Origin: an uncultured Thermoplasmata archaeon
GTDB lineage: Archaea; Thermoplasmatota; Thermoplasmata; Lutacidiplasmatales; UBA184
Direction: 5' to 3'
NCBI GenBank assembly: GCA_963719635.1
Contig: CAVRCS010000003.1
Location: 7,910 to 71,909, forward strand
DNA: 64,000 bases
In this document: one piece after another, positions 9,195 to 18,053 of the stretch
Layout of the letters: every line of letters starts with the position of its first letter
Numbering within the stretch: position 1 is the stretch's first letter
The notes under the pieces: generated by a model
Seen by the model: the letters and a program-made list of their open reading frames with translations, nothing else
What the model was told of the DNA's origin: nothing
Database searches by the model: none
Position numbers and translations under genes: made by a program

Positions 9195-10514
9195 GTGCTG
9201 GTGCGCCTGAGGCGGAACGTGTTGGCAGCGAAGGCGTGGGGCGTTCGGTGCGACAAGCGACATGGACGGGCACTGGCACGGCCAGTGGCCACGGCCGTTG
9301 CCATCGTCGCGCTTCTGCTCACGGGGGCCGCGACCTCTGACGGTGGTCACGCAGCGAACGCCAGACCATCTTCGAGAACTCTGCCTGCCATCGGGGCTGG
9401 AACGTTTCCGCACTCGGCCGGGAGCGTTCTGGTTGGGACCGATCCTCAGGGCATCGCAATCGATGCTGCCACTGGCGAGGTCGGGGTCGCGAATTCGGGC
9501 TCGAGCAACGTGAGCCTCATCTGCGATGGTAGCCCATACTGCGGAACCGGGTTCCGGGATAGGGTCATCTCGACCCTATCCTTCGGGCCCGCGTCACCGT
9601 TTGGGTTGGCCTTCGAGGATAAGAGCGGCCAGCTCTTTGTCACGGGCGGCTCCTCGATCAACAAAGTCGCCGTGTTTAATGCCACGACCGGCGCGATCGT
9701 TACCGTGGTGGGGGTCGGGGCCTACCCGTATGGGATCGTCTATGACTCCGCCAAGGGCGAGATGTTCGTCGCCAACGACGGATCCGACAACGTGACCGTC
9801 ATCTCCGGCGCCACGGACACTGTAGTGGCCAACATTTCGGTCGGCTCCGAGCCTTATCTCATGGTGTACGACCCCGCGAAGGGAGAGGTCTTCGTTTCGA
9901 ATGCGGGGAGCGACAACGTGAGCGTGATCTCCGACGCGCGCAACAGCGTTGTGGCGACCGTCTCACTCCCGTCGGGCTCCGGCCCCGCGGGGGCGGCGTA
10001 CGACAGCGCGACGGGCGACGTCTTCGTCACCGACCAGTTGACGAACAACGTCAGCGTCGTGTCGGATGCGACGAACACGGTCGTGGCGACTGTCCCGGTC
10101 GGGCCCGGCCCCGTTGCCGTTGTCAGCGACCCGGCTCAGGGCTGGGTGTTCGTCGCCAACTACGGTTGGTACAATGTGACCGTGATCGCGGACACCTCCC
10201 ATACCGTGATTGGCACGGTGTCGGTGGGCAACGCGCCCATGGGCATCGTCTACGACGCCGCCCAAGCGGAGGAGTTCGTCGCGAACCTCGACTCTGCAAA
10301 CGTGACCGTGATTGCGGATGCACCGACGCCCCACAGCTCGTCAGGCTCGGGGGCCGGGGGCCTGAGCCTTGTCGAGGGGCTCGCCGTCGGACTGCTGGTC
10401 GGAGCAGTGGTGGGGAGCGTAGGGGTCAGCCTCGTCCTACGGAAGCGGGCCCCCCGGCCACCTGCCGAGTCAACCGACCGCCCGCCAAGCCCGCCGCCAG
10501 GGGCGACTCCCTGA
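9195..10514 (+). CDS. YVTN-type 7-bladed beta-propeller surface protein with C-terminal TM anchor
   Basis: Seven tandem roughly 40-aa repeats (P.G(I/V).YD...GE.FVAN.GS.NV(S/T)VI.D..N.VVATV.VG). N-terminal hydrophobic segment. C-terminal TM helix followed by LRKR and a Pro-rich tail. Confidence 0.8.
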   Translation: MLVRLRRNVLAAKAWGVRCDKRHGRALARPVATAVAIVALLLTGAATSDGGHAANARPSSRTLPAIGAGTFPHSAGSVLVGTDPQGIAIDAATGEVGVANSGSSNVSLICDGSPYCGTGFRDRVISTLSFGPASPFGLAFEDKSGQLFVTGGSSINKVAVFNATTGAIVTVVGVGAYPYGIVYDSAKGEMFVANDGSDNVTVISGATDTVVANISVGSEPYLMVYDPAKGEVFVSNAGSDNVSVISDARNSVVATVSLPSGSGPAGAAYDSATGDVFVTDQLTNNVSVVSDATNTVVATVPVGPGPVAVVSDPAQGWVFVANYGWYNVTVIADTSHTVIGTVSVGNAPMGIVYDAAQAEEFVANLDSANVTVIADAPTPHSSSGSGAGGLSLVEGLAVGLLVGAVVGSVGVSLVLRKRAPRPPAESTDRPPSPPPGATP

Positions 10515-10878
10515 CCTCGCGTCGCAAGGTCGTACCCCAGTCCCGCGTCGTACTCGCTAAGCGGCATCCCCGCAAGATAGTTCTGAGCGACGGGACCGAC
10601 AAAGTTCACAGTGACGGAGCCGTCGCGTCACGGCAGGGGTCGGTCGGGCGAGGTAGGGGCCTGGGGGAGCCGGTCCCCAGTTCGAGGGTCTGCGCACTGC
10701 CAGCGCACCGAGCGCGACCTGAGTTCGCCGGATCGTGGACGGGCCTGCACCGCGGAGGGCTGCCGCCAGAGTTAGTGTGACCGTAGCGAGCTGAGGTCCG
10801 GTGTACCGGCTTCGCAGCCGAGCCACTTGTTTGCATCGAGGGGCATCGGATGAATCTAGGGTACGAACCCGAAACCGG

Positions 10879-11250
10879 CTACTCGCGGGTCGACTCGCGG
10901 TCTACGGGGTACACGGGGCGCTCCAGCTTCCGCAGGATCCGGGGGAGGTCGTCGCGGGCGAACTTCCACAACTTCTCGGGATCGTACGCGCGCGCGTAGG
11001 GATGGGAGAGAGCATGCCGAATCTCGAAGATCGGCGCCCATGGGATTCCTGGATTCGCCTTCTAAAAGGGTTCCCCAAGAGCGTTTGCTGCCTCTTCGAC
11101 CTGCTCGAACTGCCGTTCGATGGTCGCCTGTGACCCGGTCTCAGGATCCAGGAATGCCTCGTCTCCTTTGGCCACCCAACGAGCGATCACCTGAGCATGG
11201 CCGCGCATATCGTCGAGGAGGATGCGGGGGTCCGTGCGCCGTCCGGTCAA
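10879..11250 (-). pseudogene. HEPN (DUF86-type) toxin with in-frame TAG at 11062-11064
   Basis: TTG start overlaps the MNT stop (TTGA). Reads ...ILLDDMRGHAQVIARWV...EEAANALGEPF*KANPGIPWAPIFEIRHALSHPYARAYDPEKLWKFARDDLPRILRKLE. The R-x4-H motif (RHALSH) lies downstream of the stop. Total 123 codons, the normal DUF86 size. Confidence 0.75.
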
Positions 11251-11689
11251 AGCGCCACGGCCCCGGCGAGTACTTGCGGCCGCATGGCCCAAAATGCAGG
11301 AGGGGTTCCTCGACCGCATCCACGTCCCGGCCGAGGACCCGGCTAACCGCGACGCTGACTCCGGCGACGTCCAGCAAGGAGGTTCCCTTACGCCAGGTGA
11401 GGAGAAGGTCGACGTCGCTCCTCTCATCGGCTTGTCGGCGGCGAACCGAACCAAAGACCCGGACGTTCCGGTCGCCAAATTTCGCTGTGAGTCGCAGGAT
11501 CTCCTCACGGCGAGGCAGCAGCACGTCCTCGATGCCGAGACCCGACCCGAGGACAACCGGCCGGATCTTCGGCACCCTCCAGAGCCGTGACCTGCAACGG
11601 GGGCACATCGGCGCGCTCCGCTTGCGCATTCGCCACGTGTAGATGCAGCGGTAACAGTGACCGTAACGGGGCTTCCGCGCGGTCGTCAT
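11247..11689 (-). pseudogene. Minimal nucleotidyltransferase (MNT antitoxin) with N-terminal zinc ribbon; one frameshift
   Basis: CYRC-x13-CPRC, then LRLTAKFGDRNVRVFGSVRRRQADERSDVDLLL (GS...D-x-D NTase core). The canonical C-terminus FWAMRPQVLAGAVAL* is in another frame, with the shift inside the C4/T4 runs at 11291-11305. Length 443 nt. Confidence 0.7.
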
Positions 11690-12120
11690 CCTTCGACCTC
11701 AACGAGATTGTGGACCTTACTTTTGGCTGTCGGAGAAGGTCACTCGTGTCGAGCCGGGTCGCTCCGCCGTACGATCTCGTTGCGGGCGGGGTCCGCCCGG
11801 TGGGATCCGAGCCGATCCCCCTCGAGCGCGGCCCCATCCATAGACCGATGTGAGCACGGTACCATGTTGGGAGGGCCCCTCTGGAGAGGGCACGGGGCGG
11901 CGCGAGCGGATGCGTACCGCCCTCTCGCCGAAGAGAAGCGCGGGCTGCGGTCACGTCGCCAACCGCTCAACATCCAGCGGGCAGAGGGGACCCACGTTAG
12001 GACCGACTTGCACTCGGGGTCGGTCCGCACCACGGGTACGGACCGAGCAGGAACCTGCGCACCAGCGCACCAGATCCGTTGTCCCACGACTGTGTCGATT
12101 CGACCACCCGAGGGGGCGCC

Positions 12121-12546
12121 CTACGGGATGTCACCTGGTCGGCAGACCCTCAAGAGGGTCTGGCGTCGGATGATCTTGTCGTCCTGGGTCACGACATACG
12201 ATGCGCCACGGACCAGGCCGGTGGCGACGATCACCGCGTCCGGCAACGTCAGCCGGGACGACGCACGAAGGGCTCCAGCTGCCTCGGCAACCTCGAGATC
12301 CACGGGTTCGACACGGTAGCTCGGCGTGGTAAGGAGGTGTGTAAGCACGGCTCTCCATCCCGGGCCGTCCTCGCCAGGTGACATCCCCGCACGCAGTTCT
12401 GCGATCGTGACGGTGGAGACGATGGCTCGAAGTCCACCCCGGTCAATCCGGTCCAACAGCTCGCGACATGCGGCGTAGCCCGGCTCCTCGGGGTTCCTTG
12501 CGGAGACGAAGACGTCCGTGTCAACGATGGCGGTGACTCCACTCAT
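12121..12546 (-). CDS. vapC: PIN-domain toxin (VapC-like), apparently intact
   Basis: AIVDTDVFVSA..., TVTIAELRAG..., LPDAVIVATGLVRGASYVVTQDD. ATG 12546 overlaps the upstream antitoxin gene by 26 nt. Confidence 0.8.
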   Translation of the reverse strand: MSGVTAIVDTDVFVSARNPEEPGYAACRELLDRIDRGGLRAIVSTVTIAELRAGMSPGEDGPGWRAVLTHLLTTPSYRVEPVDLEVAEAAGALRASSRLTLPDAVIVATGLVRGASYVVTQDDKIIRRQTLLRVCRPGDIP

Positions 12547-12778
12547 CTCGCAACCTCCGCTGAAGCTCCACGCCCGCTTCCTTCGTGGGGCCAAGGCGAT
12601 CCAAGATCTCGGTCAGGCGCGCGGGCTCGACTTTTCGAACCACCGCGCGACCCCCCGCTTGGAGCTCGAAGACGAGCTTATCTCCGGGGCGGAGTCGAAG
12701 GGCCTGGCGGATGTCTCGCGGCACCGTCACCTGACCCTTGGTACTGACCGTCCCGATCTCGGCCGTCGTCACCGTCAA
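12521..12778 (-). CDS. AbrB/SpoVT (MazE-like) antitoxin
   Basis: VSTKGQVTVPRDIRQALRLRPGDKLVFE is the swapped-hairpin AbrB motif. TTG start lies 23-28 nt downstream of an AT-rich box. Confidence 0.8.
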   Translation of the reverse strand: MTVTTAEIGTVSTKGQVTVPRDIRQALRLRPGDKLVFELQAGGRAVVRKVEPARLTEILDRLGPTKEAGVELQRRLRDEWSHRHR

Positions 12779-12800
12779 GGCACCCTACTCTTTGGTAGGG

Positions 12801-12806
12801 ATATAC
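12801..12806 (-). promoter_or_regulatory. TATA-like box (gtatat on minus strand) for the AbrB-PIN operon
   Basis: gggatatacttactatatc is the only AT-rich patch in the spacer. Confidence 0.35.
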
Positions 12807-13151
12807 TTACTATATCACCCTACCCACCCCGGCGGAAGATGGTGGACGTCTGACGTTCGCGGCGGATCCGTACGGAGGCGGCGGGGGCCGACCCGTCCCC
12901 GCAGGTCCCAGGTCTTCGAAGACTCGGCCGCGCGGCGAAGGTGCACTTCCCCGGTCGGCTCACATCACCTGCGCGAGAACGTGGACGGTTTTCCGGATCG
13001 CCCAGTCGAAGGTGTGTGGTCACCGCGTAACGGAGCGCACTCTGGCGCAGCGCTCTCCCAGGGTAAGCGCTCAACTTCCGTGGCGCCCACCGGGTGTGTC
13101 TCCGGCAGGCTGGACGCGGGGTAATGGCAGACGGGTCGGTCGTCCAGCAGG

Positions 13152-13550
13152 TCACTCCACTTCTGCGTAGATAAGAGCCCTGAGCGCTCGGACCCGGCTC
13201 GCGAGTTCACGAGCATCCCTGAGAATCACTGCCCGCTCCGCGTACTCGACCTCGCCTTTCCGGTCGAGGATGCGCGAGAGGGTGGACCCGACTTCTCCCG
13301 CGTTTGGGGTTTAGCACCGCGCTATCAGAGCCAAGACCTCATGATGATCCTGCCCGCGACAACGCTCTTTCCGAAAGTAGATCGTGTAAGCGTCCCCCAA
13401 CGCTACCGCGGCCTGGACGGCGCACGTCGCGACGCCATCCGGGTTCGACTCCCTCTCCGCGAGCTCCATGGTCACGAGCAGGTTGTCGGCGCGGGCCAGA
13501 TAGACCAGGGCCTTCGATTGAGGAAGAACCTGTACCCGGGTTTGCGGCAC
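13152..13550 (-). pseudogene. HEPN-domain toxin with in-frame TAA at 13311-13313
   Basis: ...AVQAAVALGDAYTIYFRKERCRGQDHHEVLALIARC*TPNAGEVGSTLSRILDRKGEVEYAERAVILRDARELASRVRALRALIYAEVE*. The post-stop 52 codons stay in frame and look like the normal HEPN C-terminal helices. 132 codons in total. Confidence 0.7.
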
Positions 13551-13553
13551 TGT

Positions 13554-14141
13554 TTAGCCCCGAAGTTCGACTCCTTCGTTCAGCACCTGGTTGATGAGGC
13601 CAGGATTGGCCGGATGCCGCATCTGGGAGTGATCTAGGACGAGCGCCGAGAGCGGGTTTCCGAACCGGAGGGCAAAGTGAGCACTGGCTGCGCTGAGGGC
13701 CCGCTCGACGGTCTCCTTCTCCGTCCCCGACTTGACCTCGACGAACAGGTCCACGTCGCTGGTCGGGCGACCGTCTCCTCGGACGACCGACCCAAAGAGA
13801 AACGCTCTCTGGATTGGAAGCGCGCGGATCAGCTTCTCAACTTCGAGTTTGAGCCGCCTTGACACGTCCGCCTCCGCGCGAAACACCCCAACAAGAATCT
13901 CGTGAAGCACGTGTTCTCGAGCGAGTTGCCAGACGTGGGAGCGTCCGATGACCTCGCGGAAGATGACACCCGAGTCCCGAAGGGATTCTAAAGCTGCGTT
14001 GGTTTGAGACGGAGACGCGTCACAGATTCGCGCAAGCTCCCGACCCGTGAATCCTTTTTCGGGAAACCGGGTGAGTACCCTCAGTGCCCGGACGCGTATG
14101 GGGTTGCCGAGCAGGTCGTTCAGTCCATCGTGAAACCTCAT
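13554..14141 (-). CDS. wHTH-nucleotidyltransferase fusion (MNT-type antitoxin)
   Basis: N-terminal ArsR/wHTH-like IRVRALRVLTRFPEKGFTGRELARI, C-terminal AFLFGSVVRGDGRPTSDVDLFVEV (NTase core). Stop is 3 nt before the HEPN start. ATG 14141 preferred over 14159 from TATA spacing. Confidence 0.75.
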   Translation of the reverse strand: MRFHDGLNDLLGNPIRVRALRVLTRFPEKGFTGRELARICDASPSQTNAALESLRDSGVIFREVIGRSHVWQLAREHVLHEILVGVFRAEADVSRRLKLEVEKLIRALPIQRAFLFGSVVRGDGRPTSDVDLFVEVKSGTEKETVERALSAASAHFALRFGNPLSALVLDHSQMRHPANPGLINQVLNEGVELRG

Positions 14142-14167
14142 GTCCGATAAAGCACACATACGTACGG

Positions 14168-14174
14168 TTATATG
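14168..14174 (-). promoter_or_regulatory. TATA-like box (catataa on minus strand) for the MNT-HEPN operon
   Basis: 27-33 nt upstream of ATG 14141. Confidence 0.4.
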
Positions 14175-14457
14175 AACACCCTGGGCGCACCCTACTCACC
14201 CTTGCAGGGTCCGATCGCGGGTTGCACCCTGTTGTGCCCGACCGGCCCCGCTCTTCGCGCCAACAAATGTCCAACCTGCGTTGTGCGTTTCCGGGGTCCT
14301 TAGTCAGGCGTGCAGAAGACTCGGAGCCGGGCCCGTCGGCCACGGCACAGCGCCCCCCCCGGCTCGGACTTACCCTCCGGCCGTACATCCCGGACGTTCC
14401 CCGGGCCTAATCGTGTCGGCCTCGGCTGACGCCCTGCTTTCCCAAGTAAACCTCGCT

Positions 14458-14464
14458 GTTATAC
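14458..14464 (+). promoter_or_regulatory. TATA-like box (gttatac) upstream of the FG-GAP gene
   Basis: 27 nt upstream of ATG 14491. Confidence 0.3.
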
Positions 14465-14490
14465 CCGCTGGAACGAGACCCTGCCGACGA

Positions 14491-17040
14491 ATGGCACTGA
14501 GTGGTCCCCTCACCGCACTCACGGGGGCCCGTCGCACGCTCGCCCCCGTCGTGGCGGGCGCAGTTGTAGGGCTGTTGATGGTCTCGGCGTTCGTCCTTCC
14601 AGCGACTTTCAGTCACCACGAGGCGCAGGGGCTCGCTTCGCCCCCTCACGGCGCCGCCCTCGTTGACCCACAGTTTCTGCCGACCATCCTCACGAGTCCG
14701 AACAGCAGTTTCGATGGGTTGTTCGGCACAGCCGTGGCAGCCAGCGGCTCGATGTATGCCGTAGGAGCCGTTCACGAGGAGGAGGCGTCCTACGACAGTC
14801 CCACTCACTACGGCGCCGTGCAACTGCAGGATACGGCTAACGGTGCTACGGGAACGGTGTGGGGCCCCAGCGTCGGGGGCACATCGAACCAGTTTGGCGC
14901 CGCCCTCGCCATGACCTCCAATGATCTCGTCGTTGGGTCCCCAGGCGCGCGGAGCGATGAAGGCACCGCCTACGTCTACAGTTACAGCCTCGGAGTTCAG
15001 GGAGGGCACGGCGTTGTGAACACGTCAGAGGTCGCCGCGTTGACCAGCCCGAACGCCCAATCGACCTCCGGGGGAGGCCAGTTTGGGCACTCCGTCGCAA
15101 TCAGCGGCAATCTCGTCGTGGTTGGCGCCCCCTACGAGAACGTGTCGGGGCAGATCAACGCGGGCCACGCGTACATCTTCAACCTGAAAACCGGCTCCGT
15201 CATCATGCTCTCAAGCCCGGCCCCCGAAGCCGGCGCCTACTTTGGTTGCTCCGTGGCGATTAGTGGCAACCGTGTGCTTGTCGGGGCACCATGGCAGACG
15301 GCCCGGCCGGACACACCTATCGGCTTTGCCTATGTTTTCGCCGCGCCCTCGGGCGACCTGTTGTCAACGCTCACGCCCCCCACACCGACGGCCGGGGGTG
15401 AGTTTGGCATCGCAGCAGCGCTTTCCGGCACCGTTGCGGTGGTCGGAGCGGATATAGCCGGGCCGGGCGGGCCCTATCATGAGTCCGGCGAGGTCTACGA
15501 GTTCAACCTGGCGACCAACGCGTCTCTGACGTTCTTGAGCCCCGCGCCGATAAGGTTTGGCTACTTCGGCTTCTCCGTAGCGGTCGACGCCAGCACGGTC
15601 TTGATAGGTGCCCCGGGCGAGACGTCCAACGGCAGCGTTGGGGCGGGGAACGCCTACCTTTTCAGCTCGGCCAGCGGCTCGCTGATCAGTTCGGAGCTCA
15701 TGGCTCCGAACTGGCCCGCCAGCGGATTCTTCGGGTCGTCGGTCGCCGAAAACGGGAGTGACGGCGTCATCGTCGGTGCACCGTTCGAGACCGGCGGGGG
15801 TTACACGTACGGAGGCCATGCCTACCTATTCCATCAGATCCCTCTCAGGATCGCATCTCCCGACCCTCTCGCCCCGTCGGGGTACGCCCCGGGCGGGCTG
15901 TTCGGATGGTCCGTAGCCGTCGACAACGGGGTCACTGTCGTTGGGGCACCCGACGAAAACGGCTCCGCTGACGAAGCGGGCGCGGGCAGCGCCTACTTGC
16001 TGCTCTCGTCCACGGGGCCGATGGTGCCGCTCGTACCCGAGTACCCCCAGGCAGGGGCGCAGTTCGGCTACGCGGTGGCGGTGTGGGGCAAGCTGGTCGC
16101 GGTAGGCGCCCCGGACCAGACAGCAGGCGGCGCGGAAGACGGCGCCGTGTACCTCTATTCCGCGGCAACCGGCCAGCTCGAAGCGATGCTCCTCTCGCCT
16201 CAACCGTCAGGATCCGGACTGTTCGGCGCGTCCGTCGCGACCAACGGGAGCACGGTCGTGGTCGGTGCTCCCGGAGAGAACCACGGGGCCGGCTACGCCT
16301 ACTCGTTCCAGCGTAAGGTCCACATCCTCACAACGTACTGGTCCCCGGTGGGCCTCAACACGACCGACCCTTCGAGCCACCAGGCCTCTGGGAACGGCGA
16401 GTTCGGATTCTCGGTGGCGATCAACGGTAGCACCGTGGTCGTCGGTGCCCCCGGCGAAAACAGCAGTTCCGGCGACGTCACCCAGGCCGGCAACGCCTAC
16501 GTCTTCGATGCCGCCAACGGGACCCTCGCCTTTGCGCTTACGAGCCCCCACCCACAATCTTCGGCGGCACCCTACTTCACCTGGGGGTTTGGCCACTCTG
16601 TCGCAGTGGCGAGCGGAACGATCGTTGTTGGCGCACCCGGTGACAGCGCGCTCGGCTCAGCGCAAGCAGGGCACGCCTACGTCTTCTCCGAGACGGGCGG
16701 GTTACCCCTGCACACCCTGACCAGCCCGAATTCGGTCGACTCCGGCTTAGCCTTCGGTTGGGAGGTAGCGGTAAACGCAGGGATCATCGGAGTGACGACC
16801 CCCTTCGAACCGGCGTTCGGCGTAGCGGTCGCGGGGAACCTCTACCTCTTCAACGCCGCCACCGGGCTCCTCTACGAACGATACAACAGTCCCGTGCCAA
16901 CTACCGGCTTGGCGTTCGGAGACTCCATAAGCATCGGGCACGGGGGCGTGATCGTCGTGGGGCAACCGGGGCTGGCCTCGAACAACGCCCTAGTCTACAC
17001 CGGCCCCTACCCTGGGCTCGCCTACCAGTTCTTTTTGTAG
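14491..17040 (+). CDS. FG-GAP-like repeat surface protein, 14 blades (double propeller)
   Basis: 14 repeats of FG.SVA..G...VVGAP......G.AY(V/L)F. N-terminal TM/signal (LAPVVAGAVVGLLMVSAFVL). Start set at ATG 14491 (ORF opens at 14281). Confidence 0.75.
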   Translation: MALSGPLTALTGARRTLAPVVAGAVVGLLMVSAFVLPATFSHHEAQGLASPPHGAALVDPQFLPTILTSPNSSFDGLFGTAVAASGSMYAVGAVHEEEASYDSPTHYGAVQLQDTANGATGTVWGPSVGGTSNQFGAALAMTSNDLVVGSPGARSDEGTAYVYSYSLGVQGGHGVVNTSEVAALTSPNAQSTSGGGQFGHSVAISGNLVVVGAPYENVSGQINAGHAYIFNLKTGSVIMLSSPAPEAGAYFGCSVAISGNRVLVGAPWQTARPDTPIGFAYVFAAPSGDLLSTLTPPTPTAGGEFGIAAALSGTVAVVGADIAGPGGPYHESGEVYEFNLATNASLTFLSPAPIRFGYFGFSVAVDASTVLIGAPGETSNGSVGAGNAYLFSSASGSLISSELMAPNWPASGFFGSSVAENGSDGVIVGAPFETGGGYTYGGHAYLFHQIPLRIASPDPLAPSGYAPGGLFGWSVAVDNGVTVVGAPDENGSADEAGAGSAYLLLSSTGPMVPLVPEYPQAGAQFGYAVAVWGKLVAVGAPDQTAGGAEDGAVYLYSAATGQLEAMLLSPQPSGSGLFGASVATNGSTVVVGAPGENHGAGYAYSFQRKVHILTTYWSPVGLNTTDPSSHQASGNGEFGFSVAINGSTVVVGAPGENSSSGDVTQAGNAYVFDAANGTLAFALTSPHPQSSAAPYFTWGFGHSVAVASGTIVVGAPGDSALGSAQAGHAYVFSETGGLPLHTLTSPNSVDSGLAFGWEVAVNAGIIGVTTPFEPAFGVAVAGNLYLFNAATGLLYERYNSPVPTTGLAFGDSISIGHGGVIVVGQPGLASNNALVYTGPYPGLAYQFFL

Positions 17041-17392
17041 GCGGGGCCCGCGGGTCTCCTCGCTAACGAGGCCGGGGCCGAGAGGTCCAGGATCGGCCCT
17101 CGGTTGCGAGAGCGGTTCAATCAACGTTGAACCTCCCAGTTCAACCCATACGCTGTCCTCGACGCGAAATGGGCCCCCAGTATATGGGGGTCGTTCGACC
17201 GGGTGACCCCTACCCCGTCCCCGGCTCCCGGCAGGCGAGTGGGGGAGAAGTCACGCCGGCGGTCGATGTAACTGACGTGGGGTTTCGGGGTTAGCTACAA
17301 TGGAAGCGTTCCCACGCCCCACGTCCAGCACAGTTTCCGATGTCGAGAGAATCCTCATGACCCTCCGTAATACAAGTAATCCAGCGTCAGGT

Positions 17393-17647
17393 ATGGGGGT
17401 GATGAGCGTTCGGGTCGACCCCGACACGAAGCGCAGGATGGAGCAGCTCAGCGACATCAACTGGGCCGCGGTGATCCGTGAGATTCTCCGGGACCGGCTC
17501 AAGCTCGAGGCGGAGCTCAGGAAGCCGCTGAACCGCCGTCAGGCACTTCGAGGCGCGCGAGGGGTCGACGCAATCCGCCGTAGCCTGCCCGCTACGCCCT
17601 TCGACTCGACTCGAGAGGTAAGGACGTGGCGAGAGTCCCGGAAGTAG
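17393..17647 (+). CDS. Ribbon-helix-helix-like antitoxin (VapB-like)
   Basis: MSVRVDPDTKRRMEQLSDINWAAVIREIL gives a beta-strand/helix pattern. The 3' end overlaps the PIN gene start by about 22 nt. Start is 17393 or 17402. Confidence 0.6.
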   Translation: MGVMSVRVDPDTKRRMEQLSDINWAAVIREILRDRLKLEAELRKPLNRRQALRGARGVDAIRRSLPATPFDSTREVRTWRESRK

Positions 17648-18053
17648 TCCTCGACGCGTCCGTAGCGTGTAAGTGATTCCTACCGAGCCTGGGGCAGACT
17701 CGGCACTCGTACTACGAGATGAACATTTCGAGGGCCGTATCCGCCTCCTTGCGCCGTCTCTGATCGCCCATGAGGTTACGGCTGCGCTACGTCATCACCC
17801 CGGCATGAACCCAAGTCAACTGCGGGCTTCGGTTCGGCGCTTCTTCGATCTCCAGCTGACCCTCGTAGCGCCGTCGCGGGTCGGGCTCAGCCCCGCCGCC
17901 AAGATTGCCCTCAAACGTGACTTAACAATCTACGATGCATCCTACGGAGCCCTGGCGGTCGAACGAGGGTGCCCGCTCGTAATAGAAGACCTGCGTTTGC
18001 TACGGGTCTCAGACCGGGCCATCCTGCCTTCTAAGTGCTCGACGCCCCACTGA
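17626..18053 (+). pseudogene. vapC: PIN-domain toxin with a 1-nt frameshift at codon 17
   Basis: GTG 17626 gives ARVPEVVLDASVACK, then TGA (17674-17676). The rest (IPTEPGADSALVL...APSLIAHEV...IYDASY...) is in the next frame. Restoring aag-tgG-att gives the canonical ...VACKWIP... Length 428 nt. Confidence 0.7.

Noticed and set aside
11657-13216. ORFs flanking the AbrB-PIN module (11657-12319 +, 11740-12087 -, 11850-12173 +, 12738-13124 +, 12820-13155 -, 12965-13216 -)
   Set aside because: Shadow-like composition. The part 13152-13310 is better explained as the post-stop continuation of the HEPN gene, and the rest shows no family resemblance.
10879-13550. Genetic-code recoding (pyrrolysine at TAG, or general stop read-through) as the explanation for the in-frame stops in the two HEPN genes
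   Set aside because: The two stops differ (TAG and TAA). TAG is used as an ordinary terminator by many genes in the window. No pyl genes are visible here. The window is full of other frame lesions. Nonsense mutation or sequencing error is simpler, though the whole genome cannot be checked from this window.
17100-17160. tRNA-like ggttcaa... sequence
   Set aside because: There is only a short hairpin. No acceptor stem, D-arm or anticodon arm can be drawn. No tRNA, rRNA or other structured RNA gene was recognised anywhere in the window by eye, and a covariance-model scan would be needed to be certain.
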